Shown here one piece after another: positions 1 to 9,332 of a stretch of DNA of 52,601 bases. This DNA comes from a phage: NCBI GenBank assembly GCA_026686805.1, contig GCA_026686805.1_3949.1; one strand, given 5' to 3'. The position numbers and the translations under genes are program-made. The notes below the pieces were generated by a model. The model was given only the letters and a program-made list of their open reading frames with translations. It made no database searches and was not told the origin of the DNA. Position 1 is the stretch's first letter, and each line of letters begins with the position of its first letter.

Positions 1-58
1 CCAAAAACTTTATAGTTTATCTCAAGCAATAATGCTTTCCTAAACTGGAGATTCAAAA

Positions 59-589
59 ATGAACAAGTTCAAAGCTATCAACTACATTCGCTCAAATAGT
101 GTCATGTCTAAGCCTGTTAAGGATACCTACGAATTTCGTTGCAATGGTGAACACTTTGCTACCATCACCAAATCAAACAACGGGGCTTATTATATCCATC
201 GTCGTAATGTTTCTACGGTTGTAGTTTCTAACTTTATGCAAGCTGTAGCGGAACTCCTCCCGCTCTTCTTAGAAAAGTATGCCGTACAGTGTGAAAGTGT
301 TCGTGAATGCACTAAAACAGTGTTAAACGGTTATCGTATGGCTTATGAGCGCTCTTTAAAGAATCTCAATAAATACTACAAAGCACCGGAAGGTACTTCA
401 TCCACAGCCTACGGGGTAGGGGGCTTCAATGTCAGCCTTTACGAAGTGGAAGAAATCGAGCTTTATGACCATCGCCCAAATGGTTACGCTAAGACACTGG
501 GAGATGGGTTAATGCTGAATATCAAGAACTTAGAAAAAACTTTAAGAGAAATTGAAAAAGATATTGACGAGACAATCAAAAGTCTGTAA
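59..589 (+). CDS. hypothetical protein (176 aa)
   Basis: ORF from track; ATG preceded by conserved motif ctaaactggagattcaaaaATG with GGAG Shine-Dalgarno. Confidence 0.6.
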   Translation: MNKFKAINYIRSNSVMSKPVKDTYEFRCNGEHFATITKSNNGAYYIHRRNVSTVVVSNFMQAVAELLPLFLEKYAVQCESVRECTKTVLNGYRMAYERSLKNLNKYYKAPEGTSSTAYGVGGFNVSLYEVEEIELYDHRPNGYAKTLGDGLMLNIKNLEKTLREIEKDIDETIKSL

Positions 590-650
590 ATTGTCAATCA
601 ACGGGGGATAACCTCCCCCACTAAATAAAATCCTAAACTGGAGATTCAAA

Positions 651-914
651 ATGGAACACGTCGAATTGACCACACTTTTACAAATTGCAACCGACAAAGA
701 GGATGTAGCACTATTCCACCGTATTGAAAGTGATTTGTTCAATGGTGAAATCATCAAAGAGTCTTACGAAGTTGTCGGATTCAAAGATGGTAAAACATTT
801 GGATTCTTTGACCTCGACAAAGGCAACGCCGTTACAAAATATGATGTTTTATCTTGTGAGATTCTGACAAAATACAACGAAAAAAGGCTTGCAACATACG
901 CCAACATGCAGTAA
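651..914 (+). CDS. hypothetical protein (87 aa)
   Basis: ORF from track; same conserved upstream cassette (hairpin + ctaaactggagattcaaaATG). Confidence 0.55.
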   Translation: MEHVELTTLLQIATDKEDVALFHRIESDLFNGEIIKESYEVVGFKDGKTFGFFDLDKGNAVTKYDVLSCEILTKYNEKRLATYANMQ

Positions 915-979
915 ATTACTAATCAACGGGAGGTAATAACCTCCCACTAGATAAAAACCTTAAACTAGGAGATTCTAAA

Positions 980-1228
980 ATGGCTACTATCCGCGCTACT
1001 GTTAATGCTTATGGCTGCTACACTCTGGACGTTAAATTTGATATTGGTGGAACTGATGAATGCTTTTCATTAGTGAAGACAGTTATCAAGCAAGTTATCC
1101 CAGATTATAACCCTACTGATGACTTCTGGAAAGACGCTGTAAAAGAGGCATTAAACGACGAGCATCACTATCATTATTGGGGTGATTTGATTGTCTCCCT
1201 GTACTACAGCAAACAAGGTTACAACTAA
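980..1228 (+). CDS. hypothetical protein (82 aa)
   Basis: ORF from track; same conserved upstream cassette (ctaaactaggagattctaaaATG). Confidence 0.55.
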   Translation: MATIRATVNAYGCYTLDVKFDIGGTDECFSLVKTVIKQVIPDYNPTDDFWKDAVKEALNDEHHYHYWGDLIVSLYYSKQGYN

Positions 1229-1266
1229 TCGACGCAGCGGGGCTAAATAGCCCCAGATACCTTTAC

Positions 1267-1317
1267 AGCCCCTTTCTCATATGGATTCGATAGAATCTAT
1301 CTCATAGGGGCTTTTTT
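1267..1317 (+). terminator. putative intrinsic terminator after rightward early genes
   Basis: stem agcccct(1267-1273)/aggggct(1306-1312) followed by T6; the large loop contains a palindromic 20-mer; a shorter hairpin ggggctaaatagcccc lies just upstream. Confidence 0.35.
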
Positions 1318-1739
1318 ACGTCTATGTAATAGCCCCTATACAATCCTTTCCCTTCCCTTTCCAGAATCTATCCCACTGATTCGATAGAATCTATCTCGTA
1401 CCTTAAAAAGCAATAACTCTATAGGTTATTCTATAGCCCCTTATCAAATCAACTTAAATAAAGCCAATAACCCCAGAAAGGGGATTGCCCATTAAAACGC
1501 TCTATAAAGCTCTATAACAGCCTTATCAACCTAACTTAAGCAATCATATTAACCCACTCTAAAAAGCCCTTTATAGAGCTTCCCAGAGCCTTAAAAGAAT
1601 CTTATAAGGGTGAAAGCTTATAGGCTGGCTAGTATCTTGTGAATAACTAAACAATCCCCTTGATAGTCACTAAAAAGCATGTTATAGGGGCTATAAAGTT
1701 ACTTCAAAGTAACGTAAAAAAGGCTATAAAGTTACGTAA

Positions 1740-2720
1740 ATGCTAGCCCCCTTAACATTTTCTTAACAATTTCTTAACAATCCCTACATAGTTATGCTTG
1801 TTAGAGACTTGTTAGCCCCTTGTTAAATCTCTGTTAAGACCACGTAAAAGCCTTGTAAGAGTCTTTGGCATAGCCTTAAAAGCTCCTGTAAAGCCCTATA
1901 AAGAGCTATCCATACAGTTGAGGGGTAAATACTAGGAAGAGACTTAAAAGAGCTTATAAGGGGCTATAGAGAGCTTTTAAGAGGCATGTTTAGAGAATCA
2001 CTAAGAGGGAAAGGGAACGATAAGAAAGAGATAGTGACCATGTTAATAGTTTGTTAAAAAGATTAAACACTTGTTAGAAACTTGTTAATTATCTTTACAA
2101 AATAACTCTTTAAAATTAACTTGTTAGCTCTTGTTAGTCATCTGTTAAGACTCTGTAAAACCTATGTATCAACTGTTAAGAAACTGTTACACCCTTGTTA
2201 GTTCTGTTAAGAATCTATTAAGACCTCTGAAGAGATGTTAAGAGGATGTGAGAACTGTTAAGAGATTGTTAAGGATATTTTAAAATTTTGCAAAGTACTT
2301 GTAAGGGAGCTGTTAAGGGCTACCAAGCAGATATACATCTTCTACAGATATTTTTCAGTTCCTTCAAAGACCCTAAAAAATGACTTGATAGTCCTATTTT
2401 ATAAAAATTTTAAGATTCTGAATAATTACCTATACAGTCTTTTAAAAATACAGGTAGAAACAGGCTTATAAGATACCTTGTTAGTACCGTGTTAGACCTT
2501 GTGAGATAAGGTCTGTGAAGATATTCCTGTTAAGTTTGTTAAAACAGTCTATATAGAGGCTTAGTAATACCTAGTGAACACCTATAGAGGGTAACATAGC
2601 TAACATAGAGATTAAGAGGTGTATAGGAGCTTCTAAGAAGGTGTAGAGAGATGGTTAAGGTGATTGTATAGGTTGTTAAGAAGGCTTGTTAGAAGAGTGT
2701 TTAGATGGCTATTTAGAAGG
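1740..2720. repeat. array of short degenerate repeats (YTTGTTAR / CTGTTAAG / TTGTTAAG) in ~10-12 bp phase, non-coding
   Basis: seen directly, e.g. copies starting 1797,1808,1819,1831 and 2120,2130,2142,2173,2184,2195,2205,2215; no ORF of 60 aa or more in the region. Confidence 0.6.
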
Positions 2721-2880
2721 GCTATACAGAGGGCTATTAAGACCACTAGATAGATACTAAGATACTATATAGTACTATATAACTATATAGAGAGTAAGAT
2801 TAAGAAGGTTGTTAAGAAGGATAGATATTTTATTCACATATGATGGTGACCCAGAGGTTGGGACAACCGATAAAATTTTA

Positions 2881-2911
2881 TAAAAATTAAAAAGCCCCCG
2901 ATTAAGGAGGC
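2881..2911 (-). terminator. putative intrinsic terminator ending the leftward gene block
   Basis: imperfect hairpin gccccc/ggaggc followed on the minus strand by a T-rich run (A-run 2881-2893 on plus). Confidence 0.3.
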
Positions 2912-2923
2912 TCTTAAGATATT

Positions 2924-3472
2924 TTAAATCAGTGTTTCCAGAACTGTTTTTAGGGATGACTTAGTTGTCTGATAAAAATGAGTGAATCCATTGTTGTTAT
3001 CGAATATCTGCATCATGATATCATCTCCCTTGATTGGGTACACTCGGATATCATAGTGAAAACCATTAAAGACACAAGAACCACTACAGAATGAACTAAA
3101 ATCGTCTACTGAGATGTACTCTTCATGTCCTGTGATTTTTATACAAATACCTTTACTCGGTCTCTTAGGGTTGATATCTTCCATCACAGACATACTCTGT
3201 CCACCAAGAGATACCATAGTGACCACTTTACGGTTCTTCTGTCTAAAGTACATCTTAACTTTCTGCAAAGTGTCTTCATAGAACGGATAAGACCTTTCTA
3301 CAAAGATTCCTTCAAGTGGCTCTTTACCATTTTCAACTTCTCTGTTATGCCGTACTGCAAAGATAATTTGTTCGAACCAGTCAAGATTTTCTTCGGAGAG
3401 TGCTTCCCGAATATCACCCCAATCAAGGACTAGGTAGTTACCTTCAACATCTTTTAAGTTATCTTTTTCCAT
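2924..3472 (-). CDS. hypothetical protein
   Basis: track ORF 2924..3517 begins with TTG and overlaps the upstream gene; internal ATG at 3472 has a GGTGTGA RBS-like sequence and removes the overlap, so the start is uncertain. Confidence 0.45.
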   Translation of the reverse strand: MEKDNLKDVEGNYLVLDWGDIREALSEENLDWFEQIIFAVRHNREVENGKEPLEGIFVERSYPFYEDTLQKVKMYFRQKNRKVVTMVSLGGQSMSVMEDINPKRPSKGICIKITGHEEYISVDDFSSFCSGSCVFNGFHYDIRVYPIKGDDIMMQIFDNNNGFTHFYQTTKSSLKTVLETLI

Positions 3473-3485
3473 AGCTATCACACCA

Positions 3486-3950
3486 TTATCGTAAAACTTG
3501 GTAAGCTGGAACTGCAAACTTGTTGCCGTTGTTCTTAATGAGGTCTTCTTCTGTTACTAAGAATGTAATCCCACACAAGTGTGTGTATTGGCTATCATAC
3601 TCAAATATTTTAAGTAAGTATTTACCATTGTGATAAACAGATTCTACTACACCTTTTGCAACAATCTTTCCAGTCTTGAAATCTTTAAGAGGGTATACAT
3701 TACCAACTTTAGGGACTGTTTTCATCTCAGGTTCTTTTAGTTTCTCACTAACTTCTACATCACCTAGTAAGTGAGAACTCTCAAACGCTACATATTGCAT
3801 ATAAGCTTCTGAGCATTCCCAGATAAAACAATGTACAAGAATCTTAGCAGCATGTCTTGAGCAATTCAACTTATCACAAATTTCTTTGTACATTTCATCT
3901 TTAGTTGAGTTGTCAAGCATTGCTTTTCGAACTGTTTCTTTAATTTTCAT
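3486..3950 (-). CDS. hypothetical protein (154 aa)
   Basis: ORF from track, tightly packed in leftward operon. Confidence 0.5.
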   Translation of the reverse strand: MKIKETVRKAMLDNSTKDEMYKEICDKLNCSRHAAKILVHCFIWECSEAYMQYVAFESSHLLGDVEVSEKLKEPEMKTVPKVGNVYPLKDFKTGKIVAKGVVESVYHNGKYLLKIFEYDSQYTHLCGITFLVTEEDLIKNNGNKFAVPAYQVLR

Positions 3951-4362
3951 AAGCTCTCCGAATAACTCTATTAAACATCTCTAAAGTCAGCTTTCCAGAT
4001 TCTAAATGTGGCATAACAAGCTTTAAAGCTTTTTCAACATCATGCACAATATCAATTATACCTTCTTCATAGGCTTCTACGAGGATATCTTTTACACTGA
4101 TATAGCCTTCATTGATAATGATTTGCATATCAAAATCTTCTGATTGCTTGTTTAACTTACCTCTCCAATACCCATCAGCATTAAAAGATATCACTTCACA
4201 CTCTTTAAAATCCATATCATCTGCATGGAATGGAGTAATTATTGTGCATTGGATTGGGTACTCTACACCAGTGGTGTCAACATCAAAGACCTTCACAGAA
4301 GTAAGTGGTTTCTTTGTTTTAGAGCAGTAAACTGTCAATCTTTTACCAATAAGCTCTTTCAT
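3940..4362 (-). CDS. hypothetical protein (140 aa)
   Basis: ORF from track. Confidence 0.5.
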   Translation of the reverse strand: MKELIGKRLTVYCSKTKKPLTSVKVFDVDTTGVEYPIQCTIITPFHADDMDFKECEVISFNADGYWRGKLNKQSEDFDMQIIINEGYISVKDILVEAYEEGIIDIVHDVEKALKLVMPHLESGKLTLEMFNRVIRRAYEN

Positions 4363-4414
4363 TTCGCTACCTTCTAAGTTTCTACAAAGGGGCTATCAAG
4401 TAACCCCTAAGTTA

Positions 4415-4639
4415 TTACTCAGACTTTTCAGTCTTCTTATCGGATTTCTTACTAGTCTTCTTCTCAGCTTTCTGTTCAGGCTCCTTCTCAGAAGTTGCCT
4501 TAATAACCATATCAAGAAGCTCTGATAAGTCACTCTTCAGCAAAGTAACAGGCTGCTCGTTGTAGAAGTTTTTGTCAAGATAAACTTTGAACTCTTCTAT
4601 AGAAGGAAATCCAAAAATTGGTACAGGTGTCTTAATCAT
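4415..4639 (-). CDS. hypothetical protein (74 aa), Lys-rich C-terminus
   Basis: ORF from track. Confidence 0.4.
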   Translation of the reverse strand: MIKTPVPIFGFPSIEEFKVYLDKNFYNEQPVTLLKSDLSELLDMVIKATSEKEPEQKAEKKTSKKSDKKTEKSE

Positions 4640-4715
4640 TGTTTAGTCTCTCCATAGGCATCTTTTAAGATTGCCTTGTTAATCATTTCAGCGATTGCAA
4701 AACGAACACATACAG

Positions 4716-5219
4716 CTATAATTGTAGGTTGCATTCTTTACTTACCTCTTCAAGTTTAACTTCAGAGTCCTTAAGTCGTTTCTTATGAACTCTGAATCTT
4801 AGTAGTGAGATTATGATACCAGCTAAAGGAACAGCATACAAGTACCAAACATCATATATCTTTGCAGTAATCTGTGTAATAGTCAAGTCTTGAGCTATGT
4901 AGCTGATTGCTGATACGGCTAGTAATGTTGCTAAGAAGAAAACCAGTATCATAGCAATATTCAGACAACCTCTGGCATGGTATTCATGCTTAATGCACTT
5001 ATTCTTCTCTTCAACAACACTGTTGTAGTCATTTGTAAAGTCTCTGTAGAAAGCTTTCAAGTATTCTTGAGTGTAGCCTTCAAAGCAACCTGTACCATAC
5101 CAATAATCACCACCAAAATGCGCTATGATACCGGTATCCCCATTTGGTTTGGTTACTCTCAAAGAGGTGTGATGACGAGTATCTTGATAGTCTATTTTGT
5201 ATCTTTCTTCATAAATCAT
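4716..5219 (-). CDS. hypothetical membrane protein (167 aa)
   Basis: ORF from track; long hydrophobic stretch (IAMILVFFLATLLAVSAISYIAQ...AVPLAGIIISLL). Confidence 0.5.
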   Translation of the reverse strand: MIYEERYKIDYQDTRHHTSLRVTKPNGDTGIIAHFGGDYWYGTGCFEGYTQEYLKAFYRDFTNDYNSVVEEKNKCIKHEYHARGCLNIAMILVFFLATLLAVSAISYIAQDLTITQITAKIYDVWYLYAVPLAGIIISLLRFRVHKKRLKDSEVKLEEVSKECNLQL

Positions 5220-5566
5220 TTTCCAATCCCTCTCAATCGTTTATTCCACTCAAGGTCAACAAGTCTTTGCAGGACTTTCCCTCTAGGTGTTACACCTTTT
5301 AAATCTGCATCGTAGCAACGGTAAAAGTCACCTTCAGCGTGTTTACCATAGCATTTTCTGATATTCTGACTCCTACGATATTGTTCTAATAGAGACAGCT
5401 TGTAGTAATCTTCAACTGTAGTTAGTTTTTTCATTCTTTCACCGTAGTGTTTCTCTAGAAACAAAAAGGGAACTACCTCTCGATAGCTCCCATCATAATC
5501 AGTGTTGTATACTCGGTCAAGAGTATTTTTTAGGCAGTAATGCGCTACGTTTGTTACTCTCTTCAC
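5216..5566 (-). CDS. hypothetical protein (start uncertain)
   Basis: ORF from track; overlaps upstream ORF, internal Met possible. Confidence 0.4.
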   Translation of the reverse strand: MKRVTNVAHYCLKNTLDRVYNTDYDGSYREVVPFLFLEKHYGERMKKLTTVEDYYKLSLLEQYRRSQNIRKCYGKHAEGDFYRCYDADLKGVTPRGKVLQRLVDLEWNKRLRGIGK

Positions 5567-6098
5567 TCAATAGTGCGATAAATTCGTCGCCTTTACCTTT
5601 CCACGGGCTGAATGAAGGGATATGCTCACGAATAGCCTCAATAACCGTCTTAAGTGCTGTATTTTTCATCCACCAATCAGAATCTGCTGATGCCACTACG
5701 TAGTATCCACCTTCATCAGTCAGAATTGGCTCTGAGATACATGGAGAAATCAAAGTTGTGACGATTGAACCATTGTTCATGTAGTATGTACGCTTAATAA
5801 CCTTTTCAAGAAGCTTGTGAAGGTCACCGAACAGTGTTACAAGTTCTTTGTGGTCAATGTCTTTTTCGAGGCTTGCTCGATACTTCAATAGTGCAGCATC
5901 AACCTCTCTGTCATTGAATTTGAAGTACTGGACTTCATCAACAAGGCAAACACTGATATTGTTGACATTCATAGTCAACTTACAGACTTTTGCAGGAGAA
6001 TTGATACTTGGTTGAAAAAGTGCAACACAACCTTCAATGTTCCCAAAATGTTGGACTAGTGTTACTTGTGGGGTAATATTCTGTTGCTCTTCGGACAT
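5517..6098 (-). CDS. hypothetical protein (193 aa)
   Basis: ORF from track. Confidence 0.5.
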   Translation of the reverse strand: MSEEQQNITPQVTLVQHFGNIEGCVALFQPSINSPAKVCKLTMNVNNISVCLVDEVQYFKFNDREVDAALLKYRASLEKDIDHKELVTLFGDLHKLLEKVIKRTYYMNNGSIVTTLISPCISEPILTDEGGYYVVASADSDWWMKNTALKTVIEAIREHIPSFSPWKGKGDEFIALLSEESNKRSALLPKKYS

Positions 6099-6442
6099 TA
6101 TAGTTTCCTCATTAAATACTTTTTAAGTTGTGTGTTAGGTTTCTCAAAAACTTCTATAGAAGATATCTTGACAGATTCACCACGCATACCTGTGTGTTTG
6201 AATATATAGTACTCTAACATCCCTATATACTTTGCTGGTAAGTCATGTTTGACATACACCGTTACAGAATCTTCAAATTCAACAACCTTTGTACCATCTT
6301 TGTAGTTAAACTCTTTAGGATGGTTGTAGTTGTCGATGTCGTACATTAAAAAGAGTCTTTTCCGTTGCATATCAAGCTTATTGGTTAAAGACTCTTTGAT
6401 GTCTGAGAAGTTTTTATACACTATGACGTGGAGCTTACTCAT
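6098..6442 (-). CDS. hypothetical protein (114 aa)
   Basis: ORF from track. Confidence 0.5.
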   Translation of the reverse strand: MSKLHVIVYKNFSDIKESLTNKLDMQRKRLFLMYDIDNYNHPKEFNYKDGTKVVEFEDSVTVYVKHDLPAKYIGMLEYYIFKHTGMRGESVKISSIEVFEKPNTQLKKYLMRKL

Positions 6443-6728
6443 CGTTAAACTCTCTGACGAAGAAGTAGTTGACTTTATTATTACCTACCATAAGGTCAAA
6501 GCAGGTATTCTCAAAAGGTTTGTTGTAGGCATCATATGAAGTATACGTATCAGCTACTTGTTTAGTGTTGAGCTTTTTACTTGATGGATTTAAGAGGCCA
6601 CCATACAGTTTCTTGATAGCCTCTTCTACAACAGACCAGATGATTTCGTCAGTAATTTCTTCGTACAGGTCAAGTTCACGCTCTAGTGAGAAGTCACAAA
6701 TAGGGAAAATAACCTGTACTTTACTCAT
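6435..6728 (-). CDS. hypothetical protein (97 aa)
   Basis: ORF from track. Confidence 0.45.
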   Translation of the reverse strand: MSKVQVIFPICDFSLERELDLYEEITDEIIWSVVEEAIKKLYGGLLNPSSKKLNTKQVADTYTSYDAYNKPFENTCFDLMVGNNKVNYFFVREFNDE

Positions 6729-7126
6729 TAACGAATCACCTGTGAGACTTGAATTGCTTCAGTTACTGACAAGTCACCTACTTTCTCTTCTTTGATAAAG
6801 GTGAAGGTAAGTTCAACAGGCTCTCGCTCTTCTTGCTCAACTGGAACACCATTAAGCTCATCAAAGATTGATTGGGTTGTCCAATCTTCACCACCATCTG
6901 GGTAGTGGATTGCGTAAAGAGGGAACTCCCTGTCAAACCAACCAAATACAGGACAACCATCTTCATCATCTCGTACTCGATGAAGTGTGCTTCCAGACCC
7001 TGTAAACTGAAGGAATAAATCTCCGTTGCACTTGTATATTACTGCATCGGCAAAACCTATATCTTCTCGACCATCATGGCCAAACGTGTCAACTTTTACT
7101 TGGATATCTCTAACATCTTTATTCAT
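6728..7126 (-). CDS. hypothetical protein (132 aa)
   Basis: ORF from track. Confidence 0.5.
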   Translation of the reverse strand: MNKDVRDIQVKVDTFGHDGREDIGFADAVIYKCNGDLFLQFTGSGSTLHRVRDDEDGCPVFGWFDREFPLYAIHYPDGGEDWTTQSIFDELNGVPVEQEEREPVELTFTFIKEEKVGDLSVTEAIQVSQVIR

Positions 7127-7517
7127 AAAAACCTCTCTCTGCTTGTTCGATTTTTGCTCTTAAAGTTTCGCAATGATGTAGATGGTAGTTAGCTTCTTGT
7201 TCATGTGTTGCTAACTGCCTTTCCAGAACAGTTTTATAGTAACCTGCAAGTTGCTCTTTTGTCAACGGGTGTTCTGAAATAATATCAAGTCCACTTTCGC
7301 CAAGAGGGTTGAATTGTCCATGCTCATTGACATTGTAAGTCTCAAACTTGAACAGACCATTGTTCACAGACTCAATAGGCGACAGCTCAACAAGCTCTAC
7401 AGTAAACCGTGTATATACCTTGTCACCTCTTGAAACCACATTGTTTCCGACAATGCGTACAAGCGAGCCATTACGAGTGTACTTAAAAGTTCCAAAGTCA
7501 CTAGCCCAAAGTTTCAT
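7119..7517 (-). CDS. hypothetical protein (132 aa)
   Basis: ORF from track. Confidence 0.5.
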   Translation of the reverse strand: MKLWASDFGTFKYTRNGSLVRIVGNNVVSRGDKVYTRFTVELVELSPIESVNNGLFKFETYNVNEHGQFNPLGESGLDIISEHPLTKEQLAGYYKTVLERQLATHEQEANYHLHHCETLRAKIEQAERGFYE

Positions 7518-7534
7518 AGTTTTCTCCTTAGAAA

Positions 7535-7558
7535 ATAAAAAAGGCTCCCGAAGGAGCC
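7535..7558 (-). terminator. intrinsic terminator downstream of lysozyme gene
   Basis: hairpin ggctcc-cgaa-ggagcc (7543-7558) with A-run on plus strand = U-run on minus-strand transcript. Confidence 0.55.
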
Positions 7559-7568
7559 TATGAAGATA

Positions 7569-8033
7569 TTACTTTGGATATAGATTGTCAAGATAAATGG
7601 CAGCTTCCATTCTACGTCTGTTTTTCAGGCCGTTTGAAGTGACCTTCTTACCTTTTACTGTAACCTTGTTCCACCACTGCATAGCTTCTGCACAACCGAC
7701 CTTATTACCAGCATTGTGGCGCTTGATAAATGTAGAGTCCTGCATAGCTGTGATACCAATGTTGTATGTTTCACTTACAAGTGCATCAAACTCGTTCTGA
7801 GAAGTTGGAACCTTGATAGCTTTGTTCACTGCTGCAACGAACTTTTCAACATCTGCGAGAAGATACTGTTCAGCTTGTTCAGCGGTAATCTTCATACCCA
7901 TCTTAACAGGTTTTCCGTCAATACGGATTGTCCCATACCCAATTGTTGGGATTCCGGCAGAGTCTTCGTAAGCCTCTAACTTCAGACCTTCGAAGAACTT
8001 AATAGCATCTAAACCTTTTCTTGAGAGTTGCAT
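7569..8033 (-). CDS. endolysin, phage lysozyme (GH24, T4-lysozyme-like)
   Basis: N-terminal motif ...FEGLKLEAYEDSAGIPTIGYGT... matches the catalytic Glu/Asp/Thr region of GH24 lysozymes (from memory); 154 aa. Confidence 0.8.
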   Translation of the reverse strand: MQLSRKGLDAIKFFEGLKLEAYEDSAGIPTIGYGTIRIDGKPVKMGMKITAEQAEQYLLADVEKFVAAVNKAIKVPTSQNEFDALVSETYNIGITAMQDSTFIKRHNAGNKVGCAEAMQWWNKVTVKGKKVTSNGLKNRRRMEAAIYLDNLYPK

Positions 8034-8917
8034 TATGCCTCCCCTGCTGGATTAACTGTAACTGTTGCTGCATTAGATGTTACAGAGCCACCTGCGCCAG
8101 TAACTACACAGGTGTAGCTTCCTGAATCAGCAGCGGTTGCTCCTTCTTTGGTGTAGGTTGCAGTAGTTGCATCGAGGATGTCTTCCTCATCTTTCTTCCA
8201 CTGATAACCTGTTGCACCTGTTGCCACAACATTCAACGTTAAGGTCTCACCTTCATTGATTTCTTGATTGGTTGGCTGTTGAGTGATGACAGGTAGTGCG
8301 TTCACAGTCACTGTTGCTGCATCTGAGGTAACACTTGTTCCACCCTCTCCAGATACAACACAAGTGTATGAACCAGCGTCAGAAGGTGCTACTGACTGTT
8401 TTGTGTAAGTTGCAGAATTGGCACTAGGGATGTCCTCACCATCCTTTTTCCATTGATATCCAGTGGCATTAGTTGCAATAACGCTTAGGGTAAGTGTACC
8501 CCCTTCATTTACTGTTTGATTGGTTGGTTGCTGAGTGATTGATGGTGGTGTGATGACATCTTTCAACTTAGCATTCAACATTGAGAACGGCTTAACTCTT
8601 GCCAACCATTCACAGTAAATTGTGTCAACATCTTTACCATTGATGATTGCATACTGCAAATCCATGAAGAAATCAGCAGTTCTCATCTGTGCACCAACAC
8701 TGTAAAGCAATTCATCACTAAATGGAACTTTGTAGTCTGGTTTGTAGTCAAACTTCTCAACTTCTGCAATATCAGCTTCAGGCCAATATGAACTATAGGT
8801 AAGTGGTAAAATAGCCTCTTGATATGTTCTAAAATCATATCTCTTACCAGCCTTTACGTTTGCAATGAAGCCCTTCACAAACTCTTTAAAGTCTGGGTAA
8901 GTCTTTGCTTTAATCAT
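8033..8917 (-). CDS. protein with N-terminal domain paralogous to the adjacent gene plus two tandem Ig-like domains
   Basis: two ~85-aa repeats (..PSITQQPTNQTVNEGGTLTLSV.ATNATGYQWKKDGEDI...SYTCVVSGEGG..VTSDAATVTVN) typical of Ig/I-set-like folds; N-terminus aligns with ORF 8914..9285. Confidence 0.6.
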   Translation of the reverse strand: MIKAKTYPDFKEFVKGFIANVKAGKRYDFRTYQEAILPLTYSSYWPEADIAEVEKFDYKPDYKVPFSDELLYSVGAQMRTADFFMDLQYAIINGKDVDTIYCEWLARVKPFSMLNAKLKDVITPPSITQQPTNQTVNEGGTLTLSVIATNATGYQWKKDGEDIPSANSATYTKQSVAPSDAGSYTCVVSGEGGTSVTSDAATVTVNALPVITQQPTNQEINEGETLTLNVVATGATGYQWKKDEEDILDATTATYTKEGATAADSGSYTCVVTGAGGSVTSNAATVTVNPAGEA

Positions 8918-9285
8918 TTCTTTTTAGCCTCTAAATGTGCGTTTAGTCTAAAATAACCTTTGTGGTGTGGAGATACATCACCAACAACAATGCCTTTAAC
9001 CTTATAACCTTTACCAATTACATACTGAATATCCATAAGGAATCTCCCAAGACCAACAATATGGAACATTGGATATAATAGGTTCTCAGAGTCTGGAATA
9101 TTGATTTCAGGTTTGTAGGTGTGTTGTTTGCTTGTTGGTGTAATATCTTCTTCAGGCCATTTACTGAGTCTCCATGTCAAAGGTGTTGGGATAACATCAT
9201 TAAGGTTGTACCTTTCACCATTTTGCACGGAATTGATATAGGATTGTAGGAAGCAATAAAAGTCTTTTGCACTCTTAGCTTTCAT
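8914..9285 (-). CDS. hypothetical protein, paralog of the N-terminal domain of 8033..8917
   Basis: shared motifs (YxxP...FMDLQY.I..GKDV / FLMDIQYVIGKGYKV; RxxxFxxLNAxL) seen by eye. Confidence 0.5.
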   Translation of the reverse strand: MKAKSAKDFYCFLQSYINSVQNGERYNLNDVIPTPLTWRLSKWPEEDITPTSKQHTYKPEINIPDSENLLYPMFHIVGLGRFLMDIQYVIGKGYKVKGIVVGDVSPHHKGYFRLNAHLEAKKK

Positions 9286-9332
9286 TAAATATCCTTATAA
9301 ATAGTTAAAGGGGCTGATGCCCCTATTCACAC

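Noticed and set aside
3125-7800. Plus-strand ORFs nested inside the leftward gene block (e.g. 3125..3433, 4112..4330, 4977..5315, 6330..6539, 6565..6795, 7348..7563, 7597..7800)
   Set aside because: All are antisense to longer, tightly packed minus-strand ORFs and lack RBSs; treated as shadow ORFs.
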